Positions 63,301 through 64,000 of a stretch of 64,000 nt of DNA are shown piece by piece. The notes under the pieces were generated by a model. The model did no database searches. It was given only the letters and a program-made list of their open reading frames with translations, and had not been told where the DNA came from. The position numbers were made by a program, and so were the translations under genes. The stretch is from positions 12,152,001 through 12,216,000 of the forward strand of contig NC_092672.1 of assembly GCF_964355755.1 (NCBI RefSeq). The letters are read 5' to 3'. The stretch's first letter is position 1, and each line of letters starts with the position of its first letter. The DNA comes from Antedon mediterranea. Its lineage: Eukaryota > Animalia > Echinodermata.

Positions 63301-63911
63301 TATTGCAACCTATTCAATAAGCTGGTGATAGCGTCGACAAAGAGGTTAAGCAAACAATGTGAAAGTAAATAATACAGTATCATACATACACATAAATTCT
63401 TACATTGTATTTTTATTACTGTAAGTTCCATTCTATATAGGATTTCAGAAATAATCGGTAAATGACATATCTTACTATTATGTTATGTGATATATTTTGT
63501 CGCAATCCGTATTAATAAACAATGAATAAGTGTGAAACCAAACCTGTTATAAGTTCAATCAGTTCATGGCTAAATAAGCAAAACCAGTTAATACTGTCAC
63601 CCATTCCATGTTTGAATCAATTATTGTGACCGCTATTATGATACAGATAGTATATTGACGCTTTTTAAATTATCAAATAAATAATGACATCACACTTTAT
63701 GTGGCATATTTATTTTCAAATCTAACATTATGCACATTTCTCGACAACATTGAATTTATATAACATAATTTTAGAACAACTGTAGATAATGTATGTCCTG
63801 TCATTAAACAAACATTTACATTTTACACAAAAAGAAGGTGATGCACTGTTGTCTAAATCTTCATTAAAAAAATAATAATTTTTATACAAGCTAGCCTTAG
63901 TTGCTTGTTAA
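54318..63911 (+). repeat. Right copy of the direct segmental duplication, expanded by the satellite
   Basis: Colinear with 16663-21084. Confidence 0.9.
58002..63028. repeat. Tandem satellite, 68/71-bp unit, ~71 copies
   Basis: Unit ctcatacatcttgtaccattgattcattaatgtacgtact(gct)gtcagtaaggctgagctgtaattaatta; no spacers. Confidence 0.97.
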
Positions 63912-64000
63912 CATACTATACTATATATTAAACTATTTTACTACAATAAATCTAGTATTATAACATTACACTATGCAGACATGATATTAATTATATAGTA

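Overview
AT-rich, intron-containing animal genomic DNA, probably a marine invertebrate such as an echinoderm (inferred from composition and repeat types, not verifiable here). One host gene can be reconstructed by hand on the minus strand: 26 coding exons, ATG at 53105, stop at 22102, about 1306 aa, all GT-AG junctions in phase. It encodes a kinase-less ROCO protein: ankyrin N-cap, six ankyrin repeats, C-cap, Roc GTPase, COR and a tandem death-effector-like domain. Each ankyrin repeat is its own phase-0 exon embedded in duplicated intron sequence. The repeats are nearly invariant in the framework but hypervariable at ligand-contact positions, and the array shows a recent exact exon duplication and an exon-less remnant. 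This resembles a diversifying intracellular immune receptor. The gene is flanked by a ~4.4 kb direct duplication; in the right copy a single 68-bp segment has expanded into a ~5 kb satellite. The rest is nested transposon debris: a decayed BEL/Pao LTR retrotransposon, non-autonomous Helitrons, HINE/DINE-1-like elements, hAT5-, MULE-, Kolobok- and Harbinger-like MITEs, a tRNA-derived SINE, CR1/L2 fragments and an inverted duplication. All calls come from reading the sequence by eye; no database searches were run.
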